DNA of 64,000 nt. It comes from Candidatus Campbellbacteria bacterium (GTDB lineage Bacteria; Patescibacteriota; Minisyncoccia; Phycocordibacterales; EsbW-18). Position 1 is the first letter of the stretch; every line of letters begins with the position of its first letter. The stretch is from assembly GCA_024653945.1 (NCBI GenBank), contig JANLIT010000002.1:80255-144254 (forward strand). Reading direction: 5' to 3'. The position numbers and the translations under genes were made by a program. Under the pieces are notes generated by a model. It did not search any database, was not told the DNA's origin, and saw only the letters and a program-made list of their open reading frames with translations. Positions 47,181 to 57,812 of this stretch are shown here, piece by piece.

Positions 47181-48425
47181 ATGAAAAAAATTGTTATTTT
47201 TATAATCGTATTTGTTGTCGCTCTTTTTTTGGCAGGGAGTGTGTGGTGGTTTTTTACGAAAAATGATTTAGCAACGACGGGAGACGGTACACAACAGGGA
47301 ACTCAAACATTTAACCCGTTTGGACTTTTTGGAGACATCACACCAATACGTCCCAGCGCAACGAGCACAGACGGACAAACACCCGACACTGGTGTACAAC
47401 AAAAAAAGTTTCTTACCGCTATTTCTGAAAAAGTAGTTGCTGGTTCCACATTTGCCATCATTACACATGGCACCTCTACCGATATGTTGGTGCGTTATGT
47501 TGAACGAGAAACAGGACACATTTTTGACTACTCACTTTCAACGGGGCTTACGACTCGTATTTCAAACACTACCGTTCCTCGCGTTCGTGAGGCATTGTGG
47601 GGAAACAACGCTTCAACCGTTGCGTTACGCTATCTTACTGAGGACGGTTCTATAGAAACATTTTTAGGAACCATTGCAACATCAAGCGCAAATTTGGACA
47701 ACGGATCACTTCTATCTGGATCATTCCTGCCAAAAGACATTGTATCTCTTTCTATTCACCCAACACTTCCAAAAACTTTTTATCTTACAAAAACAAATGC
47801 TGGTGGTGTTGGGTATGTTTTGAGTGAAAAAATTACAAAAAGTGTGTTTTTACACCCTTTTTCACAATGGCAAACCTCGTGGAGTGGAGCATCGTCCGTT
47901 CTTTTAACAACGGCACCGTCCTCTCAATCTAACGGAAACGCTTTCTTGCTTAACACAACAACGAAGACCTTTGACCGCATCGCCAGCAGCACGACCGCAT
48001 TAACAGCACACCCTTCTCCAGACGGATTGCGTGTTCTTTTTGGATCCGTAGGACAAGCCGGTATGCGACTCTTTATATATGATGTTATGAAAAAACAAAG
48101 AACCGCACTTTCTTTCAGCACGCTTCCAGAAAAATGTGCGTGGGTAGGGGCGGGAACCCTGTATTGCGCCATTCCTGATATTCAAATTCAAACAGGGCTT
48201 CCTGATGTGTGGTATCAAGGTGTTGTGTCGTTTTCTGACGAGCTTTGGAAAATTGATACACAAACAGGAAATGCAACATTCATTTTCGACCCACACGACA
48301 CAATTTCCGGTGGTGCCGACATGATTGATATAGGGGTGAGTGCTGGTGGAGGGTTTCTTTCATTCACAAATAAAAAAGACGGCCGGCTGTGGCTCGTTGA
48401 TTTTTCCGCCCAACCCGTAGAATAA
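47181..48425 (+). CDS. Membrane-anchored beta-propeller-like protein
   Basis: N-terminal TM; YVERETGHI, TLPEKCAW, YCAIP, WYQG..SFSD. Confidence 0.8.
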   Translation: MKKIVIFIIVFVVALFLAGSVWWFFTKNDLATTGDGTQQGTQTFNPFGLFGDITPIRPSATSTDGQTPDTGVQQKKFLTAISEKVVAGSTFAIITHGTSTDMLVRYVERETGHIFDYSLSTGLTTRISNTTVPRVREALWGNNASTVALRYLTEDGSIETFLGTIATSSANLDNGSLLSGSFLPKDIVSLSIHPTLPKTFYLTKTNAGGVGYVLSEKITKSVFLHPFSQWQTSWSGASSVLLTTAPSSQSNGNAFLLNTTTKTFDRIASSTTALTAHPSPDGLRVLFGSVGQAGMRLFIYDVMKKQRTALSFSTLPEKCAWVGAGTLYCAIPDIQIQTGLPDVWYQGVVSFSDELWKIDTQTGNATFIFDPHDTISGGADMIDIGVSAGGGFLSFTNKKDGRLWLVDFSAQPVE

Positions 48426-48483
48426 CTTTGTTTAGTATTTTAAAAAGATGGACTTCTAAATTAGAAGTCCATCTTTTTGCTTG

Positions 48484-49218
48484 CTACTTACTACTTACTA
48501 CTTTTTCCGTATCCAATTTCTTTCGTATCATTCCTTCTTGTGCAATTGAAAAAAGGTTGCTTGTTGTCCAGTACAGAGCGACACTTGCTGGGAGTGCGTA
48601 TGAAATAAACACAATGATGACAGGGAAGACATATTTCATTTGGAGTGACATACTTTTTGCAAAATCTGCACCAAACCCCTTTTTACTTCCAACCTCTGGC
48701 GCCTTCATAAAGTACGCTTGAAAAAATTGAGAAACACCAGCAAGAACGGCTAGGGGTATGCTTTTTTGAGCAACATCAAGAAATCCAAGAAACATTGTTG
48801 AAATAGAACCTGGGTTTGATACAAATGAGTACAGAAAATCGGGGTGAATTTCAGGTAATCCTGTACGCACAAACATGTAATACAGCCCAAAAATAATGGG
48901 AATTTGGACAAGGAGAAAGAAGATACTTGCAAAAGGATTTACCTTATATGCCTTATACAGCTTCATCGTTTCCTGTGCTTGTCTGGCTGAATCATTTTTA
49001 AACTTTGTACGCACCTCATCCATCGCGGGCTGAATATTTTGCATTGCCATCTGTGTTCGAAGCGCTTTTTGTGCAAGAGGAAAGAGAATAAATCGTACGA
49101 TAACCGTAAAGACAACAACAATCACACCCAGGTCCGCCCACGGAAGTGCGTGCATGAGAATTACAACACCGTTGTAGAGAGGTTGTGTAACGAGTGTAAA
49201 GAAAAAACCTTGAGACAT
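48484..49218 (-). CDS. yidC: Membrane protein insertase YidC
   Basis: VRFILFPL, VNPF...VQIPI, ALYWTTSN; downstream of rnpA. Confidence 0.95.
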   Translation of the reverse strand: MSQGFFFTLVTQPLYNGVVILMHALPWADLGVIVVVFTVIVRFILFPLAQKALRTQMAMQNIQPAMDEVRTKFKNDSARQAQETMKLYKAYKVNPFASIFFLLVQIPIIFGLYYMFVRTGLPEIHPDFLYSFVSNPGSISTMFLGFLDVAQKSIPLAVLAGVSQFFQAYFMKAPEVGSKKGFGADFAKSMSLQMKYVFPVIIVFISYALPASVALYWTTSNLFSIAQEGMIRKKLDTEKVVSSK

Positions 49219-49236
49219 GAGCGTATTGTACTCTTT

Positions 49237-49566
49237 TTAGGAGGAGCGTCTAGTGAGTGTGTCGCCAAGCTCTTTTTGTATTTCGGCAGGAGTCGCCACA
49301 AACGGTTTTGAAAGAATAATGATGTAGTGTCCTGCAAAAGTATTTTGTTCTTTTGAGAGATTTTCTATCGCGGAATATATTTTTCTTCGTAATGCATTTC
49401 TACCTACTGCTGTACGAATATGTTTTTTAGGAACAACAACTGCCCATTGTGTTTTTGTGGGAGAGGGGAGGTGTCGTATAGCAAAGTGTGGTGTACGAAT
49501 AAGTGCGCCAGCTGAAAATGCTGTATCAAACTGTTGTGTGGAGAGTCGTTTGTTTTTAGAAAGCAT
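49237..49566 (-). CDS. rnpA: RNase P protein component
   Basis: MLSKNKRL...VVPKK...AVGRNALRR; synteny. Confidence 0.9.
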   Translation of the reverse strand: MLSKNKRLSTQQFDTAFSAGALIRTPHFAIRHLPSPTKTQWAVVVPKKHIRTAVGRNALRRKIYSAIENLSKEQNTFAGHYIIILSKPFVATPAEIQKELGDTLTRRSS

Positions 49567-49578
49567 GAAGCCGGGGGC

Positions 49579-49713
49579 TTATGCAGAAATCTTTTTTCGT
49601 CCCTTGGCACGACGTCGTTTAATCATTCGTCGTCCTGTTGATGTTCTCATACGAACACGAAACCCGTGTGTCATTGCTCGCTTTCTTTTCTTTGGTTGAT
49701 ATTTTCGTTTCAT
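49579..49713 (-). CDS. rpmH: 50S ribosomal protein L34 (44 aa, not in ORF track)
   Basis: [44 protein letters not shown]. Confidence 0.95.
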   Translation of the reverse strand: MKRKYQPKKRKRAMTHGFRVRMRTSTGRRMIKRRRAKGRKKISA

Positions 49714-49974
49714 ACGATTTCACAAAATCGCGTCGCGCAAGTGTTGATTTTACGAAATCATGTCACGTACCGTCAATTGAGACGTGACACAGAGCGCGAC
49801 GGGTGCTGGGTGATTAGTTTGGTAGTTAGTAAAAATTGTTGACTTTTGTACTATGTGTTTTGTGTTACCTATTTTATGCTTCCGTTGTCCCCATATTATT
49901 AACATAGTTTTCATATTTTTTCAAGCTCACGGCTTGGAGAAGGAGTATATAATAACCAGGCATCAAATCTCCAA

Positions 49975-51339
49975 ATGAACATCACACCAACAGACACAAA
50001 AACATTATGGAAAGAAGTTCTTGGAATGATAGAGCTAACGGTGTCTAAGGCGGTATTTCGGACATGGTTTAAAGACACCCACATCGTCAAGGTAGAGGAC
50101 GGGGTGGTATTTGTGGGTGTTCCAAACCTCTTTGCAAAGGATTGGGTGTCTGAAAAACACCACAAAATGATATTGAAGAGCCTCCGTGACATATCAGACA
50201 CCATTCGGTCTGTTGAATACATCATTTCTACAAAAGCACCAAGTGAGACCAAGATACAATCATATACTCAGGTTTCCCCCGGAAACTCGCCCGACGAACT
50301 TCCTCTACGAGACCTCTACATCAATAAATTAGACAACCTTAACCCGCGATACACCTTTGACACGTTTGTGGTTGGGTCATTCAACGAGCTCGCCTATGCG
50401 GCCGCACAGGCGATTTTAGAGCGCCCCGGAACACGATATAACCCATTTTTTGTGTACGGGCAGACCGGTCACGGGAAAACACACCTTATTCAAGCAGTGG
50501 GAAACGAGATGCGAAAAAAATATCCGGACAAAAAAGTGTACTACGTAACATCTGAACGATTTGCACAAGATCTTGTCAATTCAATTCAACTTAATACAAC
50601 AAGTAATTTTAAAGAAAAATATAGAAAGTTTGATGTGTTAATTATGGATGATGTCCAATTTCTTTCAAATAAAGAAAAAATGCAGGAGGAGCTCTTCCAT
50701 TTATTTAATGAAATTTATGATAAAAATGGTCAAATTATCTTTTCCTCGGATAGACACCCTAACTATATACAAAGCCTTGCTGAACGTCTTAAATCACGCT
50801 TTAACGCTGGTATGACGGTGGATATACCGGCGCCTGATTCTGAGTCACGAATGGCGATTGTAAAAACGAAAGCGGCTGAAAATAATATTGTGTTGTCTGA
50901 TGAGATTGTAACCTACCTATCACACTCCATGGATGGAAACATTCGGGAGATTGAGGGGGCGCTTAACTCAATTATGTGCCAAATTTTACTCAAAAAGAGA
51001 GATTTAAGCCTTCAAGAAATTAAAGAGGTGGTTAAAAACAATATAAAACCGAAAAAAATGGTTGCTGTGAAGGATGTGGTAAAGATTGTTGCTGGTTTTT
51101 ACAATCTTGATGAAGAAAGTATTTATAAAAAGAGTCGTAAAAAAGAAGTGGTAAAACCACGGCAGGTAATTATGTATATTCTTCGTGAAGATTTTGCACT
51201 ACCATATCCAACCATTGGTCAAAAACTTGGTGGGAGAGACCACACAACGGTTATTCATTCGTATGAAAAAATTAAAAGGGAATTAGAAACAGATCATCAG
51301 TTGGGCCAAGAATTAACTCAGGTTCGTGCGATGTTATAG
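49975..51339 (+). CDS. dnaA: Chromosomal replication initiator DnaA
   Basis: YTFDTFVVG, GQTGHGKTHL, DDVQF, GGRDHTTV. Confidence 0.98.
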   Translation: MNITPTDTKTLWKEVLGMIELTVSKAVFRTWFKDTHIVKVEDGVVFVGVPNLFAKDWVSEKHHKMILKSLRDISDTIRSVEYIISTKAPSETKIQSYTQVSPGNSPDELPLRDLYINKLDNLNPRYTFDTFVVGSFNELAYAAAQAILERPGTRYNPFFVYGQTGHGKTHLIQAVGNEMRKKYPDKKVYYVTSERFAQDLVNSIQLNTTSNFKEKYRKFDVLIMDDVQFLSNKEKMQEELFHLFNEIYDKNGQIIFSSDRHPNYIQSLAERLKSRFNAGMTVDIPAPDSESRMAIVKTKAAENNIVLSDEIVTYLSHSMDGNIREIEGALNSIMCQILLKKRDLSLQEIKEVVKNNIKPKKMVAVKDVVKIVAGFYNLDEESIYKKSRKKEVVKPRQVIMYILREDFALPYPTIGQKLGGRDHTTVIHSYEKIKRELETDHQLGQELTQVRAML

Positions 51340-51574
51340 GTGTGGATATGTTTTGTATAAGTGTGTGTAGTACTTCTGTATAAATAGAGTAAGAAATGTG
51401 TTTAAAAAACGTATAAAAACCTAAAAATCTGAACATCGCTTTTTTAATCATTTTTTATCTTCCCTCTATACAATTCAATTCACAAGGCACTTTCTAAAAA
51501 ACCAATACAACACACGGCCTTAAAAACTTATACACATATTCACCCTCTTAATAGTAATAATAAGTTTTATATAT
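51340..51574. other. Probable oriC
   Basis: AT-rich dnaA-dnaN spacer; DnaA boxes TGTGGATAT (51341) and TTATACACA (51528); trio-like tta-ata-gta-ata-ata run at ~51548-51562. Confidence 0.75.
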
Positions 51575-52675
51575 ATGAAAATACTCCTACAAAAAGAACA
51601 TCTGTATAACGCTCTGGTGGCAACAGAAAGAGTCACTGGAAAAAATCTTTCTCTCCCAGTTCTTCGGTGTGTTCTTTTGATTGCAGAAAAAAAAGAGCTT
51701 GTTGTGAGGGCAACAAACTTAGATATTGGAGTTGAAGTACGAGTTCCCGCAGATGTTTCAGAAGAGGGAACGGTTGCTGTTCCTGCAGACACTCTTTTTA
51801 CACTTCTTTCCACACTTTCTTATGAAGGTCCACTAACTCTTTCTCTTGTAGACGGATCAATTGTGCTTTCAACGCCAAAAAGTACAACCCGTGTTGCCAC
51901 ACTTTCTCATGAAGATTTTCCACGATTACCAAAAATATCAGACAATCATCTTTTTACTATTCAGGCAAAAGATTTTGTTACAGGACTAAAAAGCGTGTGG
52001 TGGAGTGCCTCGGTTTCAAGTATTAAACCAGAACTTTCAAGTATTTATTTATACCAAAACGGCGAACACCTTGTGTGTGTTGCAACAGACTCGTTTCGTC
52101 TTGCTGAGAAAAAAATAAAAATTTCAAAAACAGAAAAACTTGACTCACTTCTTATTCCACTTAAAAACGTCGTTGAAATTATACGGCATCTTGAAAATTT
52201 TTCCGGCGACATTTCTGTGTATGGAGACGTACACCAGATTGGCTTTACGCTTGGAAACACGTACATCACCTCCCGTGTTGTTGACGGAGTATTTCCAGAC
52301 TACAAACAAATTATTCCGAAAACATTTGAAACAGAGATGACACTTTTAAAACAAGATCTTGCAGATGCACTTAAACATGTTCGAATTTTTTCAGGACAAT
52401 TTAATAAACTATTGGTTAGTATTAACCATACAAAAAAACAATGTGTCGTTCAAACAACAAACCCTGAATCGGGTGAAAGTAGCGTCTCTCTTGATGCGGC
52501 AATTACAGGTCCGGATATTACTATGAGCTTTAATTATGCGTACATACTTGATGCTCTCCAAACGGTTGCAACAGATTCAGTAACCCTACAATTTGCTGGG
52601 GTTGGAAAACCAACACAAATTCGCAGTGTGGGAGATCAATCATTTTTGTACATTGTGATGCCAATGAACCGATAA
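51575..52675 (+). CDS. dnaN: DNA polymerase III beta clamp
   Basis: RATNL, VATDSFRLAE, FPDYKQIIP, YIVMPM. Confidence 0.97.
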   Translation: MKILLQKEHLYNALVATERVTGKNLSLPVLRCVLLIAEKKELVVRATNLDIGVEVRVPADVSEEGTVAVPADTLFTLLSTLSYEGPLTLSLVDGSIVLSTPKSTTRVATLSHEDFPRLPKISDNHLFTIQAKDFVTGLKSVWWSASVSSIKPELSSIYLYQNGEHLVCVATDSFRLAEKKIKISKTEKLDSLLIPLKNVVEIIRHLENFSGDISVYGDVHQIGFTLGNTYITSRVVDGVFPDYKQIIPKTFETEMTLLKQDLADALKHVRIFSGQFNKLLVSINHTKKQCVVQTTNPESGESSVSLDAAITGPDITMSFNYAYILDALQTVATDSVTLQFAGVGKPTQIRSVGDQSFLYIVMPMNR

Positions 52676-52677
52676 GT

Positions 52678-52935
52678 ATGAGAGGAATACTTGATTTTTT
52701 GTCACGATACAAAGAAATTACACCACCAGACATCGTGGTGCGAAGAAAACTTATTGATGTTATTGAAGAAAAAACAAAAATACGATTAGAAGGAAAGGAT
52801 GTTCGTATTATTGGGCCTGTTGCGTATTGTGGTGTTGAAAGCGGTTTAAAAAACATGCTCTTTTTAAAAAAAGAAGATATTTTACAACGTCTTGAAGAAA
52901 CCCTCGGGAAAAAAATAGTAAAAGATATTCAATAG
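52678..52935 (+). CDS. Hypothetical protein, possibly DciA/DUF721-like
   Basis: Directly after dnaN; KNMLFLKKEDILQRL...VKDI ending resembles DUF721. Confidence 0.5.
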   Translation: MRGILDFLSRYKEITPPDIVVRRKLIDVIEEKTKIRLEGKDVRIIGPVAYCGVESGLKNMLFLKKEDILQRLEETLGKKIVKDIQ

Positions 52936-52945
52936 GTGTATTTAT

Positions 52946-53031
52946 CCCGTTAGAGAATACCCCGTAGCAAACCACGGGGCTTATGTTGTACGAGCGCGGG
53001 GTCTAGTCCCCCGTGTAAGTTCTCTAGCGGG
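52946..53031. mobile_element. MITE-like element, copy 4 (at PBP stop codon)
   Basis: cccgttagagaa...ttctctagcggg; flanks atttat/acttat. Confidence 0.7.
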
Positions 53032-53033
53032 AC

Positions 53034-55520
53034 TTATTTAAGTGAAAATGATTTTGTGACACCAACCTTACTGCCATCTGTTTTGTGGAAGATAAAATAG
53101 AGTGCGTTTTCTTCCTCGAGTGTTAAATCTGAATCAATAGGAAACGAGAGGGAGTACGAACCGCGAACAACATCAGGAACCACGGTATTATTTATTAACA
53201 CCTCGGTCTGGTTATTATTATAGCCAGCAGGGAGTGTGAGTCTAAGAGAAATAGTGTCGTCTTTTTGATAGGATGACTTAAGTCCAGTTATACCAATATC
53301 TCCTGAGGTAGCCCCGGTGTCCGAGTTTGATGTAGAAAGTGGTGTGTTGGTAATAATTTTTACACCAGATGAATATCCGTTTTGTGCTGCCCACGCGCGT
53401 ACGGGGTACTCCCAGTATGCGTATTGAGGGTCATTTGAGGGATTGCTTGGAGCAGGGCCGGTTGGGTCGTCGGTATTTATCCAATGAAGAACATCATGCA
53501 CATTTTGGGTCACCTCAATTTTACGAAATGCATCAGGGGTATTGTTTTTTGCGGGACTGCCTGTTCGTGAATCTATTTCTTGAGTATCTCCTCCTTGCCA
53601 AATACCCAAGAGAACGGGTTTGTTTGAGGTTGATTTTTCTGGACTTGAAAAATGTGAGTCGGGATATTTTTGTAAAGCTACGTCCATAAAACGGTGCCAC
53701 AGTGGGGCAATAACAAATCCAGCAACCTTTTTGTCAATAGGTGTGTTGTCGTTGTTTCCTCCCCACGCACCAACGGCAATGTTCGGTGTATATCCGATAA
53801 TCCACACATCACGGTAGTCATTTGTGGTTCCCGTTTTTACCGCAACATCAGTACTTGGAAAATATAACGCAGACGCTGCTCCAAACGACGGTGTGCGTGC
53901 GATATTGTCAGACAAGATGCTTGATATTTGTCGTGCAATATTTTGCTCCAATACACGAGAGGGGTGTTCAGAAAATTGTTCAAGCACAGTCCCATCAGAA
54001 CGTTCAACTTTGAGAATAGATTTTGTTTCGTTGCGTATGCCCCCATTACCAAACACACCGTATGCACTTGTAAGGTCCAGTAAGGTTACTTCTCCACCAC
54101 CAAGCACCAACGTGAGACCGTATCGTGACGCGTCTGCAAGTGTTGAAATGCCCATATCTCGGGCGGTCTTAATAGATGCAGTAATTCCAGCAAGATAGAG
54201 TGCTTTCACCGCAGGAATGTTAATTGACTGTGCAAGTGCGCTGCGAATACTTATTGGTCCACGAAACTTGGAATCGTAGTTTTCAGGATAGTAACAAGGT
54301 GTTGCACTTTTTGTACTTGTTACGGGGCACGCAGTTGAAAATTGTGTTGGAAGATCAAAGAGAACTGTTTCAGGTGTGATTCCTTTTTTAAAAGCGGTTG
54401 CATAGACAAATGGTTTGAACGCAGACCCAGGTTGTCGTTTTGCCGTCGCGATGTTTACATTTCCATCTATTGCGGTATCAAAATAATCACGTGAACCAAC
54501 CATGACAAGAATCTGACCAGTTTTTGGGTCAACGGCAACGAGACCAGCATTTTCTGCTTTAAATTTTGCTTCGTTTTCTAGCGCCCCCTCCCGTACAATT
54601 TCCTCTGCCTGTTCCTGTAATTCATAATCAAGTGTTGTAATGACACGCAGCCCATCTTCTTCAAGTGCGTTTTGTCCATACTTTTGCTCAAGGTATTGAA
54701 GAATATAAAAAACAAAATGAGGCGCAAGGAGTCCTTTTTCTGGACGAGGTTTAAACTCCACCTTTTCTATTTTTGCAGTGTCATACTCTTCTTGTGTAAT
54801 AAATTTGTCTTCAAGCATTCGGCTTAACACAAGATTTTTTCTATCCTCAAGCTTGTCTACGTTGTCACCATACGGAGAATAAAACGTTGGGGCTTGAGGA
54901 AGTGCGGCGAGATATGCAGATTCAGACAAAGTAATTTCTGAGGCATCTTTATGAAAAAAAGTACGACTGGCTTCTTCAACACCATACACACTTCCTCCAT
55001 ATGGTGTTTCATTGAGATACAATGCAAGAATTTCTTCCTTGGAAAGATTTTGTTCCAACTTAAGGGCGAGAACCCACTCTTTTAGTTTTCGTGAAATAGT
55101 TTTTTCTTGTGTAAGGAGAGAGTTTTTTACAACTTGTTGAGTAATAGTAGAACCGCCCTGGCTGTACTGAAGGGAAAGAATATTAACAAGAACTGCTCGA
55201 AAAAGGGAACTCCACTTAATGCCGTGGTGCTGATAAAACTCAGCATCTTCAATAGCAACGGTTGCGTTTTTGACGTTTCGAGAAATTTGGTCAAATGGAA
55301 TAACGGTGCGTTGAATATTTTCATGGAGGTCATACAGAAGGACCTCGCCGGTGCGGTCATATATTTTTGTTGACTGCTGGACCTTTCGCTCTTCAAACAC
55401 ATCAAAATCAGGCAATCGCAATGAGGCGGCCCAAAACAAGACAACCCCAGCACCCAAGGCGCCGAGACCAAGAAGCAAGAGTGCTGCTGTGTAGTACGGG
55501 TGGTGTTTCTTACGAGTCAT
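53034..55520 (-). CDS. Class A penicillin-binding protein (1A family)
   Basis: AIEDAEFYQH, GGSTITQQ, QPGSAFKP, SIN, KTGT. Confidence 0.95.
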   Translation of the reverse strand: MTRKKHHPYYTAALLLLGLGALGAGVVLFWAASLRLPDFDVFEERKVQQSTKIYDRTGEVLLYDLHENIQRTVIPFDQISRNVKNATVAIEDAEFYQHHGIKWSSLFRAVLVNILSLQYSQGGSTITQQVVKNSLLTQEKTISRKLKEWVLALKLEQNLSKEEILALYLNETPYGGSVYGVEEASRTFFHKDASEITLSESAYLAALPQAPTFYSPYGDNVDKLEDRKNLVLSRMLEDKFITQEEYDTAKIEKVEFKPRPEKGLLAPHFVFYILQYLEQKYGQNALEEDGLRVITTLDYELQEQAEEIVREGALENEAKFKAENAGLVAVDPKTGQILVMVGSRDYFDTAIDGNVNIATAKRQPGSAFKPFVYATAFKKGITPETVLFDLPTQFSTACPVTSTKSATPCYYPENYDSKFRGPISIRSALAQSINIPAVKALYLAGITASIKTARDMGISTLADASRYGLTLVLGGGEVTLLDLTSAYGVFGNGGIRNETKSILKVERSDGTVLEQFSEHPSRVLEQNIARQISSILSDNIARTPSFGAASALYFPSTDVAVKTGTTNDYRDVWIIGYTPNIAVGAWGGNNDNTPIDKKVAGFVIAPLWHRFMDVALQKYPDSHFSSPEKSTSNKPVLLGIWQGGDTQEIDSRTGSPAKNNTPDAFRKIEVTQNVHDVLHWINTDDPTGPAPSNPSNDPQYAYWEYPVRAWAAQNGYSSGVKIITNTPLSTSNSDTGATSGDIGITGLKSSYQKDDTISLRLTLPAGYNNNQTEVLINNTVVPDVVRGSYSLSFPIDSDLTLEEENALYFIFHKTDGSKVGVTKSFSLK

Positions 55521-55608
55521 AACAAGTATGTGATGATTATATCACGCAGTATTTACGGTAGATATCAAATGGAGCGATGTGGCGCACCATGATACACTAC
55601 GATGGTAT

Positions 55609-56841
55609 ATGACGGCAAAAAAGCAAAAAGATACGGTCATAGTTGATTCTGCGCGCATACAGGAGGTTTTGACGCGCGGTGTCGCCGAAACCATTTCATT
55701 TGAGAATTTGAAGAAAAAACTACTGTCTGGAAAACGTTTGCGGGTAAAGCTCGGCATTGACCCAACAAGCCCCAACATACATCTGGGGCGTGCGGTAACC
55801 CTTTTGAAGCTAAGAGATTTTCAGGAGCTTGGACATATTCCGGTTTTGATTATTGGAGATGCAACGGGTGTTATAGGCGATACGTCGGACAAAGATTCCG
55901 GACGGCCTATGTTGTCATCAAAAGAGGTGAAGAACAATGAAAAAACATACCTCAAACAAATTGAAAAAATAGTTGACCTTTCTCGCGCCGAAGTACACCA
56001 CAATTCAAAATGGCTGAACAAACTCTCATTTGCAGAAATTGGCGAACAAGCAGACCAGTTTTCAATCTCTGATTTTATTGCGCGGGATATCATTAAGCGC
56101 CGACTTGTTGCTGGAAAGCGCGTTTCGCTACGAGAAACACTGTACCCACTTATGCAGGGTTATGACAGTGTGGCAATTAAGGCTGACATTGAGATTGGTG
56201 GCACCGACCAACGCTTTAATGTGCTTTCTGGGCGTGTGTTGCAACAACACTATAAACAGGAGTCACAAGATGTCGTCATTATGGAGATGCTTTTGGGAAT
56301 TGATGGAAGAAAGATGAGTTCAAGTTGGGGAAATATTATTGCACTTACCGATACGCCCAATGTGATGTATGCCAACATCATGCGTGTGCACGATAGTTTG
56401 GTAATGAAATATTTTGAAATCTGTACACGTGTTTCAGGAGAAGAAGTGGCACGTTTGCAAAAAGAATTCGCTACTCGTCCACGAGAATTAAAGATGCGAT
56501 TAGCGCGAGAGATTGTGACACTTTATCACTCACCAGGCGCCGCACAAAAAGCAGAAGAGGAATTTGTAAAAGTGTTTAGCAACAAAGAACTTCCAAGCTC
56601 AATGCCGGAGACGCTTATCGGTAACGCGTCTTCATTAGAAGACGTGCTTATGAAAGAGGGGATGGTGCCTTCAAAATCAGAAATCCGTCGACTTATTGAA
56701 GGTGGTGGTTTGCGTGATGCAGAAACAGGAGAAAAAATTCACGAAGTGAAGGCCCCTATTTCAAAGTCAATCATTCTCAAGATTGGAAAGAAAAAGTTTC
56801 TCAAAATCACCCTTAAACATGTTCCCAAAAAGAAGGAATAA
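55609..56841 (+). CDS. tyrS: Tyrosine--tRNA ligase
   Basis: GIDPTSPNIHLG, YPLMQGYD, GGTDQRFN, KMSSS. Confidence 0.96.
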   Translation: MTAKKQKDTVIVDSARIQEVLTRGVAETISFENLKKKLLSGKRLRVKLGIDPTSPNIHLGRAVTLLKLRDFQELGHIPVLIIGDATGVIGDTSDKDSGRPMLSSKEVKNNEKTYLKQIEKIVDLSRAEVHHNSKWLNKLSFAEIGEQADQFSISDFIARDIIKRRLVAGKRVSLRETLYPLMQGYDSVAIKADIEIGGTDQRFNVLSGRVLQQHYKQESQDVVIMEMLLGIDGRKMSSSWGNIIALTDTPNVMYANIMRVHDSLVMKYFEICTRVSGEEVARLQKEFATRPRELKMRLAREIVTLYHSPGAAQKAEEEFVKVFSNKELPSSMPETLIGNASSLEDVLMKEGMVPSKSEIRRLIEGGGLRDAETGEKIHEVKAPISKSIILKIGKKKFLKITLKHVPKKKE

Positions 56842-56879
56842 CAAAAAACCGCCCTCTTGGCGGTTTTTTGTTTGAGAAC

Positions 56880-57092
56880 TTATAGTTCTTCATCAAGTTC
56901 GTCCGAAAGCAATCCAATATCATCATCTTCTTCCTCATCCTCATCGAGTGGTGCAACTGGTTTTGGCACAATAGAATCTTCCTCCTCATCTGGTTCTACA
57001 GGAACAGGAACATCTACGGCGTCATCCCACGGAGACAGTGCATCATCGTCCTCTGCGATGAGTGGTGCAAGAGATGCGTCTGCGTCAAACAT
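56880..57092 (-). CDS. 70-aa highly acidic peptide
   Basis: D/E-rich ORF ending at a bidirectional terminator (~56843-56870). Confidence 0.6.
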   Translation of the reverse strand: MFDADASLAPLIAEDDDALSPWDDAVDVPVPVEPDEEEDSIVPKPVAPLDEDEEEDDDIGLLSDELDEEL

Positions 57093-57336
57093 AGGCTCAC
57101 TATTAGGTAGTAAAAACGCTGTGCGCGTTTGTATTAGCTCCTCGGCTCGGAAATAAAAGAATGTTTCCTTTTATTTCACTCGCCCCTCGTCGCTAATAAT
57201 CTCTCACAAAAACAGTGCCAGTGCGAGAGTGGGTATGTTGTACCAAATCATGCGCAGGAGTTCAAGACCCCCCAGACCCTCAGGTGAATAATGTGTGGAC
57301 AACTGAATAGAAAGGAAAAGAGGGTATACTTTCACC

Positions 57337-57810
57337 ATGAAGGTACTTGGTATAGATCCTGGATATGGCCGCCTCGGTATTTCCGTACTTGAGGGCGACA
57401 GACAAAAACAACGCATTCTTTTTTCTGAATGTTTTGTAACTGATTCTAAAGAAGATTTTTCAAAACGACTATTGAAATCAATACGGCGTGTTGAAGCTAT
57501 TTGTACAGAATATGCTCCTGACGCAGTTGCACTCGAGACGCTTTTTTTTAGTAACAATCAAAAAACTGCAATGAATGTTGCGGAAGTTCGTGGGGCGCTT
57601 GTGTATCTTGCAGAAGATAAAGAAATACCGCTTGCTCAATATTCACCACAAGAAATAAAAATGGCAGTGTCTGGATATGGAAAAAGTTCAAAAGCAGATA
57701 TTGCAACAATGCTTACAAAACTTCTCGTCATCCCAAAGAAAAAAATGTTGGATGATGAATACGATGCAATTGGTGTTGCTCTCACACACCTTGTTAGTGC
57801 AAAACACTGA
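57337..57810 (+). CDS. ruvC: Holliday junction resolvase RuvC
   Basis: LGIDPG, ALETLFF, GYGKSSK, DDEYDAI. Confidence 0.95.
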   Translation: MKVLGIDPGYGRLGISVLEGDRQKQRILFSECFVTDSKEDFSKRLLKSIRRVEAICTEYAPDAVALETLFFSNNQKTAMNVAEVRGALVYLAEDKEIPLAQYSPQEIKMAVSGYGKSSKADIATMLTKLLVIPKKKMLDDEYDAIGVALTHLVSAKH

Positions 57811-57812
57811 CA

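Noticed and set aside
32789-48425. Integrative conjugative element or prophage
   Set aside because: No relaxase, integrase, att repeats or phage structural genes; composition resembles the core genes.
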